Assembly (NCBI GenBank): GCA_963662265.2
Contig: CAXXHA010000029.1
Coordinates: forward strand, 1-64,000
Direction of reading: 5' to 3'
Source: Spirochaetia bacterium
GTDB lineage: Bacteria > Spirochaetota > Spirochaetia > CADAEX01
Length of the DNA: 64,000 nt
Shown: in pieces, positions 50,269 through 59,554 of the stretch
How positions within the stretch are numbered: the first letter of the stretch is position 1
Layout: each line of letters opens with the position of its first letter
Notes under the pieces: generated by a model
What the model saw: only the letters and a program-made list of their open reading frames with translations
Database searches by the model: none
What the model was told of the DNA's origin: nothing
Position numbers and translations under genes: made by a program

Positions 50269-51171
50269 ATGAAAAAGATTCTTCTATCATTTTTAATTGT
50301 TCTGCCTTTTCTGTTTATTTCATGCGGACCGTCAACTCCGGGTGAAAAAGGGACAGAAATAATTGCTGCGGAAAAAGCTTTGGAAATGATTTCAGAAGGA
50401 AATATATATCTTGTGGATGCCAGAAAATCTGCTGATTATAAGAAAAATCATCTGAAAGATGCTGTTAATATTTCACGACAGGATATTGTTGACAGCAGCA
50501 AATTTCCAAACATGCTTGCATCAGGAGTTCAGATAGCTGAAGTTCTCGGAAGCAGGGGAATTTCAAATGATAAGACAATTGTTGTATATGATGATAACAA
50601 GAATATGGATTCTGCAAGATTCTGGTGGACAGTGAAAGTATACGGTAATGACAATATCAAAGTTGTCAGCGGAGGCCTTAAAGCGCTTGTTTCTGCAGGT
50701 GCTGAATTAACATCTGAAATACCTTCAGTGACTAAAGCTGACTACAAGGTATCATCGCTGCGAAGTGAAATGATAGCTGATGCCAAATACATTAAAAAAC
50801 AGGTTAATAAACCAGCTGATGATATTGTAATTATAGATACAAGAAGCCAGGAGGAATATGACGAGGGTACAATCCCTGGATCATGTCTTCTCAACTTTGT
50901 TGATAATAATTTCAAAGACGGTACTTACAAGCCTGTACAGCAGATCAGTATAAGATATCTTGAAGCTGGTATTAGTTCTGACAAGGAAGCTGTAATGTAC
51001 TGCAAGACTTCAATCAGAGGGGCCCAGACATACCTTGCGCTCTATAATGCAGGATACAGGAAACTCAAGCTTTATGACGGCGCATGGGTTGAATGGATTT
51101 CAAACCCTCTCAATCCAGTTTATAAACCGGAAAAACCGGCTTATATGATAGATTCTTCGGATAATTCATAA
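50269..51171 (+). CDS. Two-domain rhodanese/sulfurtransferase lipoprotein
   Basis: Lipobox FISC; SARFWW, IDTRS..EY..GTIPGS, YCKTSIRG and LYDGAWVEW. Confidence 0.88.
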   Translation: MKKILLSFLIVLPFLFISCGPSTPGEKGTEIIAAEKALEMISEGNIYLVDARKSADYKKNHLKDAVNISRQDIVDSSKFPNMLASGVQIAEVLGSRGISNDKTIVVYDDNKNMDSARFWWTVKVYGNDNIKVVSGGLKALVSAGAELTSEIPSVTKADYKVSSLRSEMIADAKYIKKQVNKPADDIVIIDTRSQEEYDEGTIPGSCLLNFVDNNFKDGTYKPVQQISIRYLEAGISSDKEAVMYCKTSIRGAQTYLALYNAGYRKLKLYDGAWVEWISNPLNPVYKPEKPAYMIDSSDNS

Positions 51172-51191
51172 AACTTTAAGGAGTGTTTAAG

Positions 51192-52130
51192 ATGAAAAAG
51201 AATTTTTTTAAAATTTTAACAATTATGTTAGTTCTCTTCCTGTCAACAGGATTTCTGTTTGCAGGGGGAAGTAAGGAACCGGCAACTGAAACAAAAGCTG
51301 AATCCACTCAGCTGACTGCTGTAGAAGCTGCAGTTGCAAAATACTATGATGAACTACCTGATCATATTTACAAGATCAACCAGAAGAAATTTGCTGAAAA
51401 AGTAAATGCAGGCGATGAAATGTATGTAATCGATATCAGAAGAGCTGATGACTATGCAAAAGGTCATGTAGCAGGTGCTGTCAACATGCCATGGGGAACA
51501 GCAATTTCTGACAATCTTCAGTACATCCCCCAGTCAGGCGAAGTATTTGTTTACTGCTACTCAGGACAGACTGCTGGACAGACTGTAATGCTTATGAATG
51601 CTGCAGGTATTCCGGCAAGATCAGTTAACCTCGGTTTCAAATGGGGTCTTTCAAAAGTTCCCGGAGTAGACGCTATTCTTACTACAGATGCAACAGAAAT
51701 CGACAAATCAATGACATATGATGTTAATGCAGAAATTGCGACTGCTGTAAAAGCTTATTTTGACAGATTTGCTGAAGTTAAGGGTACACCTTTTGCAAGC
51801 AACATCGTAAGTGAAGAAAATGCAAAGAAAATCCTTGATTCAGGCGATGACAGCGCTGTATTTGTATCAATCAGAAGCGCTGATGACTATGCGAAAGGGC
51901 ACATTGCTACAGCTACAAACATTCCATGGGGAAAAAGCATGCACAAGGGTTTTGATGTTCTTCCTGGTGACAAGAAAATCATTATCTACTGCTACACAGG
52001 TCAGACAGCAGGTCAGACTGTAGCAGCATTAAGACTTCTTGGATATGATGCTGTTTCTCTCAAGGGCGGCATGGGCATGGATGCAAATGCTCCTCTCGGA
52101 TGGAAAAACAAGGGATATCCGGTAGAATAG
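51192..52130 (+). CDS. Exported tandem rhodanese protein with a catalytic-position Cys in both domains
   Basis: Signal peptide ending FAGGSKE; two repeats of IR.ADDYAKGH...YCY(S/T)GQTAGQTV. Confidence 0.88.
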   Translation: MKKNFFKILTIMLVLFLSTGFLFAGGSKEPATETKAESTQLTAVEAAVAKYYDELPDHIYKINQKKFAEKVNAGDEMYVIDIRRADDYAKGHVAGAVNMPWGTAISDNLQYIPQSGEVFVYCYSGQTAGQTVMLMNAAGIPARSVNLGFKWGLSKVPGVDAILTTDATEIDKSMTYDVNAEIATAVKAYFDRFAEVKGTPFASNIVSEENAKKILDSGDDSAVFVSIRSADDYAKGHIATATNIPWGKSMHKGFDVLPGDKKIIIYCYTGQTAGQTVAALRLLGYDAVSLKGGMGMDANAPLGWKNKGYPVE

Positions 52131-52167
52131 TTTAATATTATATTCAGTTGATTCAGGATATAAACAG

Positions 52168-52203
52168 GCCGGCAGTCTTTAAAAAGGTTGCCGGCTTTTT
52201 TTT
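52168..52203 (+). terminator. Intrinsic terminator closing the sulfur cluster
   Basis: GCCGGCAGTC-loop-GGTTGCCGGC followed by T8. Confidence 0.85.
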
Positions 52204-52303
52204 AAAAAAATTGATTTTACATCATTATATTCTAATTATAGAATATAACCTCTTGTTTGATAATAATTTGTTGTATACTGAAACATAGATTTATTTTATA
52301 GAT

Positions 52304-52401
52304 TCCCCCTTTCGGGGACAGGTGCCTTGTAGGCAAACATCTAAGGCAGTTATCCCGGCTTACCGGGGAAAAACCGTAAAAGCGGTTTTTTAAAGGCATC
52401 C
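52304..52401. ncRNA. Candidate structured RNA or leader, family unassigned
   Basis: GC-rich multi-hairpin patch in AT-rich DNA, downstream of TTTACA-N17-TAGAAT (52216-52244). Confidence 0.4.
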
Positions 52402-52442
52402 ATAAGAGTAAAATAATAAATACTGCGGGAAGTGTCTGAATA

Positions 52443-54032
52443 ATGATAAAAACAGGAAAACATGCTGATAAGACAATTATCACATTTATTCTAATCTACT
52501 TTGTTTTAAACATGTTTCTGCTGGACAGTTTCCCTTTTGTGCATGCCGATGAAGCATGGCTTGCATCGCTGACAAGGGCTGTCATAAATGAAAAAAGCTT
52601 TGCTGCTGTAGAGGATTTTTTTATACTCACAAAACGTCATCCCCATGCACTGAAATCAGTTTTCCACATGATGCAGATCCCGTTTGTGGCATTTTCCTTT
52701 TCAGTTATTTCCGTAAGAATATTATCCCTGATATTTTCTTCAGCAAATCTTTTTTTCTTTTATATGATTCTGAAAAAAAATATAAGAAACCGTAAAATTA
52801 TTCTTTTCACATTGATACTGCTTGCAGCAGACATACAGTACCTTTATATTTCCCGCTTTGCCCGCCAGGAGATTATAATTCTTACATTGCTCACAACTGT
52901 CCTGTATTTATTAAACAGTCATCTGACATTGAAGAGAACTGCAACAGCAGCTTTGCTAACAGGAATTGCAGTCGGAATACATCCAAACAGTTTTATAATA
53001 TTTACTGCATCAGTTTTTTTTATTTCAGGTAAGATGTTAGTAAAGAGGAAAGATTTTAGAAAAAATATCAAAGCACTGGTTTTATATATATCTGTTACTT
53101 CTGCTTTTGCACTTGTGTTTGTTGTTTTAAGCATTGTGATGGATAGCGATTTTTTTCATAATTATCTGCAGTTCGGCTCACGTCATGGTGTTACTGATAT
53201 ATTTATTGTTAAACTTCTGAAACTTAAAAAATTCTACTTTAAGATTTTTAACAGGATATCAGGAACATACTATCTTCCCGATGTCTGTCTCCAGCTTTTT
53301 GTTTTTTTGTTTTTTTCTATTGTCACTTTTATTTCATCAATATTTTCAAAACATATGTTTAGAACGGCTTTTCCTGTCCTTATGTTTGCAGCCGGAATAA
53401 ATACCGGTTTTATACTTATAGGTAAATACAGCCCGCCATCGTTTTCATTCATTTTTCCCGCAGGCTGGCTTATTGCTGCATTAGGTGCAGACAGTTTGTC
53501 GGGTAAAGGAAAAAATATTAAAACATCAGTATTAATTTTACTGGCTGTGATACTGGGTTTCAATCTGCACAATACATATTCAGAAGTATTGAAATGGAAA
53601 AGCAGCAGCTATAAAAGTTATATGAAAGATATTTCACACATGATAACTGAAAAGGGCAGGGTATTCGGTTCTATCAATACATCATTTTACATGGACTACC
53701 GGCAGCTTGCTTCATATAACGATATGGAAATGTTTGAAAAGTCTGGAATATCTTTTGAAGAATATATTGTAAAAAACAGAATAAGGTACATTATATACAC
53801 AGATGAGCTTGATATAATCTACAGGGAGAGACCGCTCTGGAATGATCTTTACGGGAATATTTATCCACATTACCGGGAAATAAAAGAATTTATCGAAAAT
53901 AGATGCGTTAGAACAGGGGAAGTCCTTGATGAAACATACCCCGTCAGGATTGTTGATTTCATTGGAAGGAAAAAATATTCAGCAGCTGTTTTTAAGGTGG
54001 AAGGCTTTAAAAAACATCAGGGGATTCAATAA
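52443..54032 (+). CDS. GT-C fold membrane glycosyltransferase (ArnT/PMT-like)
   Basis: PFVHADEAW in the first loop, SRFARQE and HPN; many TM helices and a soluble C-terminal domain. Confidence 0.75.
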   Translation: MIKTGKHADKTIITFILIYFVLNMFLLDSFPFVHADEAWLASLTRAVINEKSFAAVEDFFILTKRHPHALKSVFHMMQIPFVAFSFSVISVRILSLIFSSANLFFFYMILKKNIRNRKIILFTLILLAADIQYLYISRFARQEIIILTLLTTVLYLLNSHLTLKRTATAALLTGIAVGIHPNSFIIFTASVFFISGKMLVKRKDFRKNIKALVLYISVTSAFALVFVVLSIVMDSDFFHNYLQFGSRHGVTDIFIVKLLKLKKFYFKIFNRISGTYYLPDVCLQLFVFLFFSIVTFISSIFSKHMFRTAFPVLMFAAGINTGFILIGKYSPPSFSFIFPAGWLIAALGADSLSGKGKNIKTSVLILLAVILGFNLHNTYSEVLKWKSSSYKSYMKDISHMITEKGRVFGSINTSFYMDYRQLASYNDMEMFEKSGISFEEYIVKNRIRYIIYTDELDIIYRERPLWNDLYGNIYPHYREIKEFIENRCVRTGEVLDETYPVRIVDFIGRKKYSAAVFKVEGFKKHQGIQ

Positions 54033-54750
54033 GATTCATCAGTTTTTCCCTTTCTATAAGGAAATCAGGTGTCAGGCTGTTGAAACATCCGGAGAAACTG
54101 TTTTTAGATACAGATATGAAATTACCCTTTTTATCCATTACTGCTATGTCTGTCGACAGTGTCATGGCTTCATCAATATCGTGGGTAACAAAAATTACTG
54201 TAATTCCGCTGTTTTTCCAGATGTTGTAAACAAGTTTATGCAGGGTTATTCTTGTCTGTATATCAAGGCTGCTGAACGGCTCATCGAGAAGAAGTATTTC
54301 CGGCCCTGAAGAGAGAGCCCTTGCAATTATCGCCCTCTTTTTCATCCCCCCTGAAAGCTGAGACGGATAATAATTCTCATAACCTTCAAGATATACTTCT
54401 TTTAAAAGAGATTCTGTTCTTACTTTTATATTGCCTGTCTTCAGTATTCTAAGTGGGAATGAAATATTTTCCTCTACTGTCAGCCACGGGAAAAGCTGGT
54501 TGTCATCCTGCAATACAATTACACGCGAAGGGTCAGGCTGTTCTGCGGTATTTTCTTTAAGCAGCACTTTTCCCCTGTCTGGAGTTATCATTGATGCTGC
54601 AGTCTTGAGCAGTGTTGATTTGCCGCAGCCAGAAGGACCCAGGATTGAGAAAAATGATCTTTCCGGTATACTGAGGTTTATTTCTTCAAGAATGTTTATC
54701 TGCCTGTTATATGAAAAGGTAATATTTTCAAGCCTTATTATATTGTTCAA
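54007..54750 (-). CDS. NitT/TauT-family ABC ATPase
   Basis: [30 protein letters not shown] and VTHDIDEA. Confidence 0.92.
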   Translation of the reverse strand: MNNIIRLENITFSYNRQINILEEINLSIPERSFFSILGPSGCGKSTLLKTAASMITPDRGKVLLKENTAEQPDPSRVIVLQDDNQLFPWLTVEENISFPLRILKTGNIKVRTESLLKEVYLEGYENYYPSQLSGGMKKRAIIARALSSGPEILLLDEPFSSLDIQTRITLHKLVYNIWKNSGITVIFVTHDIDEAMTLSTDIAVMDKKGNFISVSKNSFSGCFNSLTPDFLIEREKLMNLIESPDVF

Positions 54751-55517
54751 TTAATCATTCCCCATTTTTTTACAGTTTTATTTTCAACAGAACTGAAAAA
54801 AAGTTCTTCGATAAGAATACCTGTAATTATAATTACAATAAGACCCGCATAAATACCAGGTGTATCCATATAAACTCTTTTGCTGAAAATATACCATCCT
54901 ATTCCGCCTCTGCCTCCTGCAGCACCGAATATCATTTCCGCGCTGATAAGTGCACGCCAGGACCTTGCAAATGATATTTTAAGACCTGCAATAATATAGG
55001 GGAGAGAGTGGGGAAGTGTTATCTTTGCAAACATTTCGAAATGGCTGAGATGATAGTTTTTTCTGAATAAAACATAGTTTTCAGGAATGCTTGAATACCC
55101 TGTATAAAGGTTTGTTACCATGGGCCATAGGACAGAATGTATGACTATTATCAGAACAGATTCAATACCTGTCCCAGTCCAGAGTATAACCACAGGGAGT
55201 ATGGCTATGCCGGGGAGCGGATGTAAAAATGAAACAAGGCTTTTTAAAAGTGAATCAAAAACAGCTGAGATATGTGAACCGAGGACAAGAATAAATGCAG
55301 AAAGAGTCCCAACTGCAAGAGATATGAAAATAAGCAGAAGGGAGAAAAGAAGCTGAATAAGTATTTCACCCTCTTTGAGAGAGGAAAAAAGCGATAAGAC
55401 AACTGTCTTTACAGACGGGAAAACCAGAGGTGAAAAATTTCCTGATATTCTTATTATTTCCCAAATAATGAGAAAAAAAAGAAACCAGGCAAATTTTTTA
55501 ACAACTCCGGATTTCAT
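54747..55517 (-). CDS. NitT/TauT-family ABC permease
   Basis: PLPGIAILP and [10 protein letters not shown]. Confidence 0.9.
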   Translation of the reverse strand: MKSGVVKKFAWFLFFLIIWEIIRISGNFSPLVFPSVKTVVLSLFSSLKEGEILIQLLFSLLLIFISLAVGTLSAFILVLGSHISAVFDSLLKSLVSFLHPLPGIAILPVVILWTGTGIESVLIIVIHSVLWPMVTNLYTGYSSIPENYVLFRKNYHLSHFEMFAKITLPHSLPYIIAGLKISFARSWRALISAEMIFGAAGGRGGIGWYIFSKRVYMDTPGIYAGLIVIIITGILIEELFFSSVENKTVKKWGMIN

Positions 55518-56458
55518 TAATAATAAATATCCTTTTCATCTATATCATTTTCAAGGTAATTGTTTGTTTTCATGAATTTTATGAATTTGCCCATTCCCTG
55601 AATATCCTGGTTGAAATACATTCCTTCCCATGTAAGGTATTCTTTAAGTTCATCCTTATCCATATCATACTGAAGGGAGAGTATTTCTGATGCTTTATCA
55701 GGATTTTTTCTGATAAATGAAATTGTTTCTCCTATGACATTTCTCAGTACCTTGACAGCTTCGGGATGTTTTTCCGCAAAGCTGTTTTTTACAGTACCCC
55801 CGATAAATGTAAACTCGCCGCCCATTGCTTCATTGCCTGAAAGTATGAGTTTAAAACCCGGCTGTTTCAGCTCTTTCATTATAAAGGGGGGGGATGTGAA
55901 ATGCGCTGCAATATCATTTTTACTGAAAAGTGCATTCATCCCGTCAGGATGCGACATTGTCACTATGCGGTTGTCAAAAAAGGAAGGTGATCCTTTTTCC
56001 TTCTCTGATGCCATTGTAAGGAGAATATGCTGTATGCTGCCAGGCTGCGGAAGAGCTATCCTGTCCTCTTCTGTAAAGTCTGAAAGTGTGTTTATGTTCT
56101 CCTTCCAGCTGACAAGACCTATAGGCGCCCTGCAGAGCCCTGTAAACATTTTCCATTCCATTCCCCTGTCATAACCGATCAGGAAAGGGGGAAGTCCCAT
56201 GAAGCCTATATCAAGGCTGTCTGAAAGCATTGCCTCCCTGATAGCTGCAGTATTTGCAAGTTTTTTCCATTCAACAGTCCACCCCTGAAGTTTCTCCTCA
56301 AGTCTCTTCTCCGACCTGATTATCTGAAGCGGTGCATATGCAAGGCCGTACTGCTCTGCTATTATTATTTTTTTCCCCTCTTTTCGTCCAACACATGAAA
56401 AAAGGATTAAAGAGGCTGTTATAATTAAAATAAGCTTGAATATTTTGTGAATCAACAA
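55517..56458 (-). CDS. NitT/TauT-family ABC substrate-binding lipoprotein
   Basis: Lipobox LFSC; QYGLAYAP and IALPQPGSIQH. Confidence 0.85.
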   Translation of the reverse strand: MLIHKIFKLILIITASLILFSCVGRKEGKKIIIAEQYGLAYAPLQIIRSEKRLEEKLQGWTVEWKKLANTAAIREAMLSDSLDIGFMGLPPFLIGYDRGMEWKMFTGLCRAPIGLVSWKENINTLSDFTEEDRIALPQPGSIQHILLTMASEKEKGSPSFFDNRIVTMSHPDGMNALFSKNDIAAHFTSPPFIMKELKQPGFKLILSGNEAMGGEFTFIGGTVKNSFAEKHPEAVKVLRNVIGETISFIRKNPDKASEILSLQYDMDKDELKEYLTWEGMYFNQDIQGMGKFIKFMKTNNYLENDIDEKDIYY

Positions 56459-57738
56459 AATCTCCTTATTTCTTTGTATAATGCCTGGTCTGTTTTATCC
56501 ATAAGCATATTGAATCCCTGTTTATTTTCAACAGAGGATAAATTAAACAGTTTTTCTATATCATAATTCAGTTTACTGAAATTATCAGATAATAATACTG
56601 CATATCCTGCTCTTTGTGTTGAATTATTTATATTATTGATTTCAGTACCGGGACTGTGAAGGTAGGAGAAACTTTGCAGTGACTCTATGGAACTGGAATC
56701 AGGTTTTACCTGCCTGTGAATTACTCCCCTGCTGCAGAAAAAGAGGGGTACTGAAACATATTTACCGTAACTGTTTATCTTATACGGCTTGAGATTTTTA
56801 AAATCATCTTCAGTGATTTTAACTCCGCTAGATCCCTTTATAAGAAGTTTTCTTATGTCTATTCCTGTGAGAAGCGGTATAAACTCATCTTCATATGCCC
56901 CCCCCAGCCTGCATGCAATTTCATTGATAATTAAGCCTCTGTCTCCAATGAGATACTGAAAATAAATCGGCCCGTTTTTTATGCCGAAATTATCAGTCAC
57001 TGAAACAGTAGTTTCAATGATACTGTCTCTGTATGCCGATGAATATGGAGAAGGAAAGGTATGTGCCGAGCACACTCCTATTGTAGGATAATTATTGAAA
57101 GTAACCCTGTCAGTAACAGAAAAGATATAGACACTTCCGTTGCAGACCCAGCCTGATACTGTTATCTCATCTGAATCATAGTATTCCTCGATAAGTATCA
57201 TCTCTTCTCTTGAAAAGGAAACTGTAGTATCAAACAGCTGTCTTATTTCAGTAACTGTATCAACCTTGAAAACACCTCTCTGCCCCTGGCTGTCAAAAGG
57301 TTTGATTACGAAAGGGGGCTTGAGATCTGAAAGCTCATTATCTGAAAACCCTTTTTGTATCATTGCAAAAGGGGATGTCTTCATTCCGTGTTTTCTGAAA
57401 AGTGATTTCATTATCCGTTTATTGGTCACTGATAAAGCTGTTTTCCTGCTTAGAAACCGGGGAAGATTCATTTCCTCTGCAACTGAAGCGGCTGTCAATA
57501 CCGGCTGGTCTGTTCCTGCAGTAAGGACCGCATCAATACCAAGTTTAACTGCTGCTTGAGTTACTGCATCAATATCAAAAGTGCTTGCCTTTGCAAAATT
57601 GGTAGCAAAAACTCTTCCGGGGGCATTTTCATTGATATCAGCAAGAATTGTATTATAGCCCTGGCTGACACATTCTTTTATCAGGTTTATCTGGCTGCTT
57701 CCGCCGCCCAGTACCATGATTTTTTTTTCTTTATTCAT
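56452..57738 (-). CDS. ATP-grasp ligase
   Basis: LGGGSSQ, IKPFDSQGQRG, IEEY and NEIACRLGG. Confidence 0.85.
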   Translation of the reverse strand: MNKEKKIMVLGGGSSQINLIKECVSQGYNTILADINENAPGRVFATNFAKASTFDIDAVTQAAVKLGIDAVLTAGTDQPVLTAASVAEEMNLPRFLSRKTALSVTNKRIMKSLFRKHGMKTSPFAMIQKGFSDNELSDLKPPFVIKPFDSQGQRGVFKVDTVTEIRQLFDTTVSFSREEMILIEEYYDSDEITVSGWVCNGSVYIFSVTDRVTFNNYPTIGVCSAHTFPSPYSSAYRDSIIETTVSVTDNFGIKNGPIYFQYLIGDRGLIINEIACRLGGAYEDEFIPLLTGIDIRKLLIKGSSGVKITEDDFKNLKPYKINSYGKYVSVPLFFCSRGVIHRQVKPDSSSIESLQSFSYLHSPGTEINNINNSTQRAGYAVLLSDNFSKLNYDIEKLFNLSSVENKQGFNMLMDKTDQALYKEIRRFC

Positions 57739-58495
57739 GCAAAAACCTGCCGCAATTTTTATCTATTGATTTCTCTATAATATCACCTGCGGATTTCTTA
57801 TCAGAAAATAACAGTTCTGAAAGCCTGTATATAAAACGGGGGAAACCGTAATAGAAAACAAGTCTTGAAAATAGAAAAATAAGTTTACCTATGCTGTACC
57901 TGCTTTCAGAAACTGTAACAGTATCTGTATTTATATAAGAAGCCTCAGGTTTGAAGCTGAGAGCAATAGCTGAAATATAAATGAATTTCTTATCTGTTTT
58001 GAGGATTTTATCGACAAGTGATTTTTTCATTATTCTGAAGCTTGTTATTTTAAGTTTTAATGGTTTTCGGAATGCGGTATAGAAAAAAATGTCATGCGCA
58101 AAAGATCCTGCTTTTCTGAAAAATGAATATTTTTTTCTATTCACTGCATATACAATGTCATAGTTTTTCCTGATTTCAGCAATAAGAACAGGAATGATTT
58201 CAGGGTCATGCTGCATATCATCATCCATTGTAATAACATAATCCCCTCTGCTGTACATGAGGCCTGCAAAAACCGCATTCTGCTGACCCATGTTTTCTGA
58301 AAGGCTTATACCCTTTATCCTTGAATCTGATTCTGAAAGATTTTCAATTTCGTTCCATGTAGAATCACTGCTCCCGTCATTTACAAATATTATCTCAAAA
58401 TCAATCAATGAGCAGATTTTTATAATTTCAGAAGCAATTAACTTGAGGCGTCCCTTGCTGTTGAAACAGGGGATGACAATGCTTACAGATTCCAT
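57731..58495 (-). CDS. GT2 polyprenyl-phosphate glycosyltransferase (ArnC/GtrB-like)
   Basis: IPCFN, VNDGSSD, NMGQQNA..AGL, TMDDDMQHDPE and SFR. Confidence 0.85.
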   Translation of the reverse strand: MESVSIVIPCFNSKGRLKLIASEIIKICSLIDFEIIFVNDGSSDSTWNEIENLSESDSRIKGISLSENMGQQNAVFAGLMYSRGDYVITMDDDMQHDPEIIPVLIAEIRKNYDIVYAVNRKKYSFFRKAGSFAHDIFFYTAFRKPLKLKITSFRIMKKSLVDKILKTDKKFIYISAIALSFKPEASYINTDTVTVSESRYSIGKLIFLFSRLVFYYGFPRFIYRLSELLFSDKKSAGDIIEKSIDKNCGRFLHE

Positions 58496-58902
58496 ATCAA
58501 AATTCCTGAAGCAATTAATAAAACAGCTGCCGCTTTTTTTAAAGTAATTCTTTCCCTGAAAATAACAATACCAAGTCCCGGTATGATAATCTGGTTAAGA
58601 GCTGTAAAGCTGTAGGCTGTATTCAGTTCAAGCGACTTGAGCGCGTAAAAATAAAAAAACGGGGCACATAGAACGGCAGCAAGTCCCGAGATTAAACCAG
58701 GACGTAAAAACTGCCTGAAAAGAAGCGGGATATTCCTTGTAAGCACAATACTGCTGCTTGAATGCTTTATTACGAGATGGCCGTATGATGTCAGAATGCA
58801 CATTATAATAATTGATATAATTTCTCTTTTCAAATGATGCCCCAGAAATAAATAAGTATAATGTTTTTCAATTCCCACCCCGCTTTGTTTTGAGTGAATC
58901 AT
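58483..58902 (-). CDS. Small EamA/SMR-like protein (ArnE/ArnF-like flippase subunit); true start probably ~58833
   Basis: ALKSLELNTAYSF and FRERIT; about 4 TM helices. Confidence 0.7.
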   Translation of the reverse strand: MIHSKQSGVGIEKHYTYLFLGHHLKREIISIIIMCILTSYGHLVIKHSSSSIVLTRNIPLLFRQFLRPGLISGLAAVLCAPFFYFYALKSLELNTAYSFTALNQIIIPGLGIVIFRERITLKKAAAVLLIASGILIWNL

Positions 58903-59236
58903 TCATAAGAAGCAATATTCCTGAAGTTATGAGAACTGCTCCTGCTGAATTGAAAAATGTAATCTGTTCATTAAAAAGAACTGCTGAAAGAATAAGTATA
59001 ATTACATAATTTATGCTCATAAATGGATATGCTTCTGAGAGCTCTACATACCTGATTATAAATACCCAGATAAAACCTCTCAGTATAAGAAACATATAAC
59101 TCAGAATAAGAAAGATATTTAATGAGAAGCTCTCCTGTGAGGCAAGTATTGAAGATCCTGTTTTTGCAGAAATCTGTCCTGCAACCATAAGCAGAACAGG
59201 GATAAATAACAGGGTTATTTTGTTAATATTTTTCAT
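58868..59236 (-). CDS. Small EamA/SMR-like protein (ArnE/ArnF-like flippase subunit)
   Basis: GQISAK, ELSEAYPFMSINYV and FNEQIT...GAVLI..GI. Confidence 0.78.
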   Translation of the reverse strand: MKNINKITLLFIPVLLMVAGQISAKTGSSILASQESFSLNIFLILSYMFLILRGFIWVFIIRYVELSEAYPFMSINYVIILILSAVLFNEQITFFNSAGAVLITSGILLLMNDSLKTKRGGN

Positions 59237-59243
59237 CACATTG

Positions 59244-59272
59244 ATTTTAGCAGTTTATCTGAAGTTTTCCAA
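59244..59272 (-). promoter_or_regulatory. Promoter of the flippase-GT2-ATP-grasp-ABC operon, probably leaderless
   Basis: TTGGAA-N17-TAAAAT with a TGn extension, 7 nt before ATG 59236. Confidence 0.55.
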
Positions 59273-59409
59273 TTGATTTGTTTAATTTTATATAGAGGAA
59301 ATATAATATATGAAATAATTTCTGACGATAAATTTGGAGAAAGGGAAAAATAAAAATTCGCCTTCTTTTATATAGCCCAACAGGAAAAGCTGTAGTATAA
59401 ATACAGTAG

Positions 59410-59554
59410 TGATATAATCAGACCCTGCGGGGTTGTTTACTGATACAGGGGTAGGTTGTTATCCCCGGGGAAGGCTGTGATGTTAAAGCTTCCCGAAGGT
59501 GATAAAGCCTGCCTTGCAGATAAAAAAATATTAAAAATATCAGGGGTGTAAATA
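59410..59554 (+). promoter_or_regulatory. Extended -10 promoter and structured 5' leader of ddl
   Basis: TGnTATAAT at 59410-59418; GC-rich long hairpin at 59446-59516. Confidence 0.5.

Noticed and set aside
47337-52130. Selenocysteine recoding in the sulfur cluster
   Set aside because: The active-site positions are ordinary Cys codons and the genes end in TAA or TAG. No selD is nearby.
52304-52401. c-di-GMP-I (GGCAAA), cobalamin (AGGTGC) or fluoride riboswitch
   Set aside because: Only isolated words match; the rest of each consensus is missing.
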